DNA of 64,000 nt, taken from contig CAWHFW010000005.1 in the NCBI GenBank assembly GCA_963828735.1, positions 1,824,001-1,888,000 on the forward strand. Reading direction: 5' to 3'. The translations under genes were made by a program, and so were the position numbers. The DNA is from an uncultured Gemmatimonadales bacterium (GTDB taxonomy: Bacteria; Gemmatimonadota; Gemmatimonadetes; Gemmatimonadales; GWC2-71-9). The notes beneath the pieces are model-generated. The model was not told the origin of the DNA, made no database searches, and saw only the letters and a list, made by a program, of their open reading frames with translations. Below are positions 59,978 to 64,000 of this stretch, one piece after another (position 1 is the stretch's first letter; each line of letters opens with the position of its first letter).

Positions 59978-60260
59978 GGGCCGCTTCCCCTTGAGACAGG
60001 AAGTCGCGGAACTGCTGCTGCGCGTCGCCCCACCTGGTCCGGCCCATCGCGATCACGCCGATGCCGGCGCCCCCGGCCATGAGGTAGACTGCCCGCTCCG
60101 TGAGCGCGAGGACGGTGGCCGACAGCCAGCGCTCACCGTTGGTCAGGATGATCTCCGTGCCGGGCGCCGCCGCCGTAACGGGTCCGAACGCCTCGTCGAT
60201 CTCCTTCCGCGAGGCGGGGAGAATCCGCTCGAACTCTCCGTCACAAATCCTGAGTCGCAT
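59964..60260 (-). CDS. Hypothetical protein (98 aa)
   Basis: GAGGA RBS, overlap with the downstream gene, protein-like composition. Confidence 0.6.
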   Translation of the reverse strand: MRLRICDGEFERILPASRKEIDEAFGPVTAAAPGTEIILTNGERWLSATVLALTERAVYLMAGGAGIGVIAMGRTRWGDAQQQFRDFLSQGEAAHADR

Positions 60261-60460
60261 GGTCCTCTTGCTCCTGGCTCCGAAGTCGGTCGCAATATTG
60301 GGATTTGGCGGACGTCGACCCATCCGGCACCCGGCCGGACTTCGGCCCCACGTTCGCTGGCCGTTTCCCTGCCTCGAGACAGGGGTGCTCCCCCGACTTC
60401 GGTCACGGGCCGGTCGGCGGGCTTGCGGCGCGTGGGGACGGGTGCCAAGATCGAGGTTAC

Positions 60461-62218
60461 ATGCCGAGGGACATCTCGCCGGCGGCGCCGGCGTCGGAGT
60501 CGAGCACCGGCCAGCTCCGGCGGCTTCTGCGGCAGCAGGAGACCGTGCGGGAGGTGGTCGAGACCATCAGTGGTGAGCTGGAGCTGCAGCCGCTGCTGGA
60601 GAGTATCCTCCGTCACGCCTGCGAGTTGATCGGCGCGGAGCACGGCACCATCGGCCTGGTGGACTCGGAGCGCGATCTCATCGTGACCGCCGCCGGATAC
60701 CGGATGCCACCAGGCGAGGCCGGAGCCGAGATGCCGCGCGGCGTCGGGCTCGCGGGCATGGTGCTCGAGCGCGGCGAGCCGGTGGTGCTCGAGCGCTACG
60801 GCGACCTGGCGCACCCCACCCAGCCCGATTTCGCCAACCACTCCGTCATCGGCATGCCCATCCGGTGGGAAGGCCGGATGATCGGCTTCCTGGGCGTGGG
60901 CACCGGCACGGCCCGGCTCGGGAAGGAGGAGGCGGAGACGCTGGCGCTGTTCGCGCCGTCGGCGGCCATCGCGATCGCCAACGCGCAGCGCTACCAGGAC
61001 GAGCGCGACCGCGGCGACCGGATGGCCCTGGTGGCGCGCGTCGCCCGGCTGGTGACCGCCGATCTCCGCCTCGACGAGCTGCTGCAGCGGGCCGCAGACG
61101 CGGTCCACGAGTTGCTCGGCTTTCCCAACCTCGCCATCCCGCTGATCGACCCCGAGCAGCCCGCCATGCTGGTGCTCACCGTGAAAGGCGGCCACTACAA
61201 GCACCTCATCCCGGGAGAGTACCGCATCCCGATCACGCAGGGCCTGATGGGCGAGGCGGTGCGCACGCGGAGCATGGTGCTGGTGAACGATGTGACCGAC
61301 GATCCACGCTACCTGACGACGCCGGGCGGCTCGCCTGCGCGTGCCGAGCTCGCCGTGCCCATCCTGCTCGGTGACCGCGTGCTCGGCGTGGTGAACGTCG
61401 AGCGCGACGAGCCGTTCTGCGAGGAGGACGGGGCGATCGTGGGGATCATCGCCGACCAGCTCGCCGTGGCCATCGAGAACGCGCGCCTCTACGCCAGCGC
61501 GCAGCAGGTGGCGGTGCTCGAGGAGCGTCAGCGGCTCGCGCGGGAGCTGCACGACGCGGTGACGCAACATCTCTCGAGCCTCACGCTGATCGCGCAGACA
61601 CTGGGGCCGGCCTATGCGCGGAGCCGCGAGGAGGGCGAGGGGCGCGCGCGGCGGGTGGTCGAGCTGACCCAGGTGGCGCTGGACGAAATGCGGGTGCTGC
61701 TCGCCGAGCTGCGGCCGCGCAAGTGGCGGCGGAGCGGGAGCGCCAACGGCGGCCCCGGCGAGGACGCGCCGGCGGGCTCGGCGCGGGCGCGGCTCCGGCA
61801 TCACGGGCTCGCCGAGGCGCTGGGGCTGCTTGCGGCCGACGTCTCGCGCGACGGGCTGCCGGTGGACGCGGACGTGTCGGGCTACCATCCACGGCCGCTC
61901 GCGGAGGAAGAGGCGCTCTACCGGATCGCGCAGGAGGGACTGAACAACGTGGTCAAGCACGCGGGGGCGTCGCGGGCGCGGCTCCGGCTCGCAACCGACG
62001 GAGGGGCGACAGTGCTGAGCATCGCGGATGACGGCGGCGGTTTTACCACATCGATCGAGCGCACCGGCGAGCACGCGGTGCAGATGGGCGGCCTGGGCCT
62101 GCTCACCATGCGCGAGCGCGCGACGGCGATCGGCGGGACGATCCGCATCGACTCGTCCGCGGCCGAAGGGACGTCCATCGAGGTCGTCGTGCCGCTCGAC
62201 GCGGAGCCCAGGCCATGA
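60461..62218 (+). CDS. Cytoplasmic GAF-GAF HisKA_3 sensor histidine kinase
   Basis: Two GAF domains, ERQRLARELHD, QEGLNNVVKHA, DDGGGF and GLLTMRERA. Confidence 0.92.
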   Translation: MPRDISPAAPASESSTGQLRRLLRQQETVREVVETISGELELQPLLESILRHACELIGAEHGTIGLVDSERDLIVTAAGYRMPPGEAGAEMPRGVGLAGMVLERGEPVVLERYGDLAHPTQPDFANHSVIGMPIRWEGRMIGFLGVGTGTARLGKEEAETLALFAPSAAIAIANAQRYQDERDRGDRMALVARVARLVTADLRLDELLQRAADAVHELLGFPNLAIPLIDPEQPAMLVLTVKGGHYKHLIPGEYRIPITQGLMGEAVRTRSMVLVNDVTDDPRYLTTPGGSPARAELAVPILLGDRVLGVVNVERDEPFCEEDGAIVGIIADQLAVAIENARLYASAQQVAVLEERQRLARELHDAVTQHLSSLTLIAQTLGPAYARSREEGEGRARRVVELTQVALDEMRVLLAELRPRKWRRSGSANGGPGEDAPAGSARARLRHHGLAEALGLLAADVSRDGLPVDADVSGYHPRPLAEEEALYRIAQEGLNNVVKHAGASRARLRLATDGGATVLSIADDGGGFTTSIERTGEHAVQMGGLGLLTMRERATAIGGTIRIDSSAAEGTSIEVVVPLDAEPRP

Positions 62219-62889
62219 CGACCGATCGGGGCGAGCGGCATCGCGGCACAGTGCGGGTGCTCATCGCGGATGATCACCAGGTGGTGCGCGAGGGGCTGCG
62301 CATGATTCTGTCCGAGGAGCGCGAGACGATCGAGATCGTGGGCGAGGCGGCCGACGGGCACGAGGCAGTGCGACTCGCCGAGCGGCTCCAGCCGGACGTG
62401 GTGTTGATGGACTTGCTCATGCCCGGACTCGACGGCGTCGCGGCCACCCAGCGGCTTCGCGCCGGCGGGAAGGGACCGCGCGTCCTCATCTTCACGACCT
62501 ACGCCGACGACGAGCGGGTGCGCGACGCGATCCGCGCGGGGGCGACGGGATACCTGCTCAAGGACGTGCTCCGCACGCAGCTCGTTCAGGCGATCCATGC
62601 CGCCGCGCTCGGCGTGCCGACCCTCGATCCGCGGGCGCAGCAGCATCTCATGCGGCAGGTGTCGGCGCCGCCGACGCCGTCACCGTTCGCGGGGCTCACA
62701 CCGCGGGAGCTCGACGTGCTGCGCCTCGTGGCGCGGGGCATGGGGAACAAGCAGATCGCCGCGGCGCTCAACCTGAGCGTGGGCACCGTGAAAGGCTACG
62801 TGAGCGCGATCCTGCCGAAAATCAACGCGGGCGACCGGACGCAGGCGGCGCTGTTCGCGGTGAAGCACGGGTTGGAGGGCGGGGCGTAG
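62215..62889 (+). CDS. NarL/LuxR family response regulator
   Basis: ADDH, MDLLMP, LLK and LTPRELDVL...TVKGYV. Confidence 0.94.
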   Translation: MTTDRGERHRGTVRVLIADDHQVVREGLRMILSEERETIEIVGEAADGHEAVRLAERLQPDVVLMDLLMPGLDGVAATQRLRAGGKGPRVLIFTTYADDERVRDAIRAGATGYLLKDVLRTQLVQAIHAAALGVPTLDPRAQQHLMRQVSAPPTPSPFAGLTPRELDVLRLVARGMGNKQIAAALNLSVGTVKGYVSAILPKINAGDRTQAALFAVKHGLEGGA

Positions 62890-62890
62890 C

Positions 62891-64000
62891 GTGACCGACC
62901 TGGGCCTCACGTCCGACACCACCAGCCCGACCGATGCACTCGCCCGCGCCCGCGCCGCGTACGCCGAGGGCGCCTGGACCGATGCCTTCGAACGTCTCGC
63001 CGCCGCCGACCGCGCATCCCCGCTCGACCCCGCCGATCTCGAGCAGCTTGCCACCGCCGCGCGGCTCATCGGCAAAGATGCCGAAAGCGGCGACCTCTGG
63101 GCCCGCGCGCACCAGCAGTACCTCGCCCGCGGGGACGACGCCCGCGCCGCGCGCTGCGCCTTCTGGCTGGCGATCCGCCTCCTGTTCGACAACGAGCCCG
63201 CGCGCGCCGGTGGCTGGATCGCGCGCGGACGGCGACTGCTCGACGACGGCCGGCGGGACTGCGTCGAGCTGGGATACATGCTGCTGCCCGCCGGCCTCCG
63301 GGCCGGTCTCGAGGGTCACCGGGAGACGAGCCAGGGGATCTTCGAGCAGATCGTCGCGATCGGCGAGCGCTTCGGCGACCGCGACCTCGTCACCTTCGGC
63401 CGGCTCGGCCTGGGCCGCGCGCTGATCGCGCTCGGCGAGGTCGCTCGCGGGGCCACGCTGCTCGACGAAGCGATGGTCGCCGTGACCGCTGGTGACGTGT
63501 CGCCGGTCTTCGTCGGCGACATGTACTGCGGGGTGATCGACGCGTGCCACGAGATCTTCGACCTGCGGCGGGCGCAGGAATGGACGGCGGCGCTGGCGCA
63601 CTGGTGCGAGTCGCAGCCGGATCTCGCGCCGTACCGCGGCCACTGCATGATCCGCCGCTCCGAGATCATGCAGGTGCACGGGGCATGGCCCGACGCACTC
63701 GACGAGGCCGAGCGCGCCCGCGAGCGGCTCTCGCGTCCCCCTGCAGGGCGCGGCACGGGGCAGGCGTACTACGCGCTCGGCGAGCTCCACCGTCTCCGCG
63801 GCGAGCTCGAGTCGGCTGAGGAGTGCTACCAGGAGGGCAATCGGTACGGGCGCAGTCCGCATCCTGGGCTCGCGCTGCTGCGGCTGGCACAGGGCAGGGT
63901 GGGGGCCGCGGCATCGGCGATGCGGCGCGTGTTCGAGGAGGCCGCGGACCGGCGGAGCCGCTCGCGAGCGCTTGGCCCCCATGTCGAGGTCATGCTCGCC
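62891..64000 (+). CDS. TPR-like protein, probably a LuxR-family regulator (3' partial; absent from the ORF track)
   Basis: GTG at 62891, frame open to the window end: ALARARAAYAEGAWTDAFERL, LLDEAMVAV, YCGVIDACHEIFDLRRAQEWT. The HTH would lie beyond the window. Confidence 0.8.
   Translation, partial: MTDLGLTSDTTSPTDALARARAAYAEGAWTDAFERLAAADRASPLDPADLEQLATAARLIGKDAESGDLWARAHQQYLARGDDARAARCAFWLAIRLLFDNEPARAGGWIARGRRLLDDGRRDCVELGYMLLPAGLRAGLEGHRETSQGIFEQIVAIGERFGDRDLVTFGRLGLGRALIALGEVARGATLLDEAMVAVTAGDVSPVFVGDMYCGVIDACHEIFDLRRAQEWTAALAHWCESQPDLAPYRGHCMIRRSEIMQVHGAWPDALDEAERARERLSRPPAGRGTGQAYYALGELHRLRGELESAEECYQEGNRYGRSPHPGLALLRLAQGRVGAAASAMRRVFEEAADRRSRSRALGPHVEVMLA

Noticed and set aside
62934..63425. 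163-aa ORF from the track
   Set aside because: Wrong frame; the real gene starts at GTG 62891 and runs off the window.
1..64000. tRNA, rRNA, integrase, transposase or prophage genes
   Set aside because: None recognised by eye; a tRNAscan-SE, Infernal or ISEScan run would be needed to exclude them formally.

Overview
A GC-rich bacterial chromosomal window, most likely from Gemmatimonadota. That assignment is inferred from gene content (Kelch and Ig-like lipoproteins, DUF5916, Ser/Thr kinases, BlaI/M56-HEAT), not from a marker gene. I found no rRNA, tRNA, CRISPR array, transposase or prophage. Main blocks: (1) small accessory and stress genes at 0-9.4 kb; (2) a carbon-metabolism cluster at 9.4-23 kb, with xfp divergent from ackA and a tightly overlapping tkt-rpiB-pgl-glk-tal/pgi-HAD-gnd-zwf operon, followed by a CHAD-CYTH fusion; (3) small hypotheticals, a hydrolase relic and a double-transmitter hybrid histidine kinase at 27-34 kb; (4) an ECF41/SigJ sigma factor with two matching promoters and its oxidoreductase target at 39-41 kb; (5) a three-gene BlaI / BlaR1(M56)-HEAT / exported HEAT module at 41.1-45.2 kb; (6) peptidases, LysR-DAACS-GNAT, lipoproteins, an internally deleted kinase, DUF5916, and a GAF-GAF kinase/NarL pair with a divergent pseudo-methyltransferase operon at 46-64 kb. 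Block 5 is the best candidate for an undescribed system. Both HEAT proteins end in the same PWPWP-x-P-x-PRPFP tail (one visible only after frameshift correction), and both promoter regions carry the same non-canonical palindrome. Three single-base insertions may be sequencing errors. All calls come from motif recognition by eye; no searches were run.
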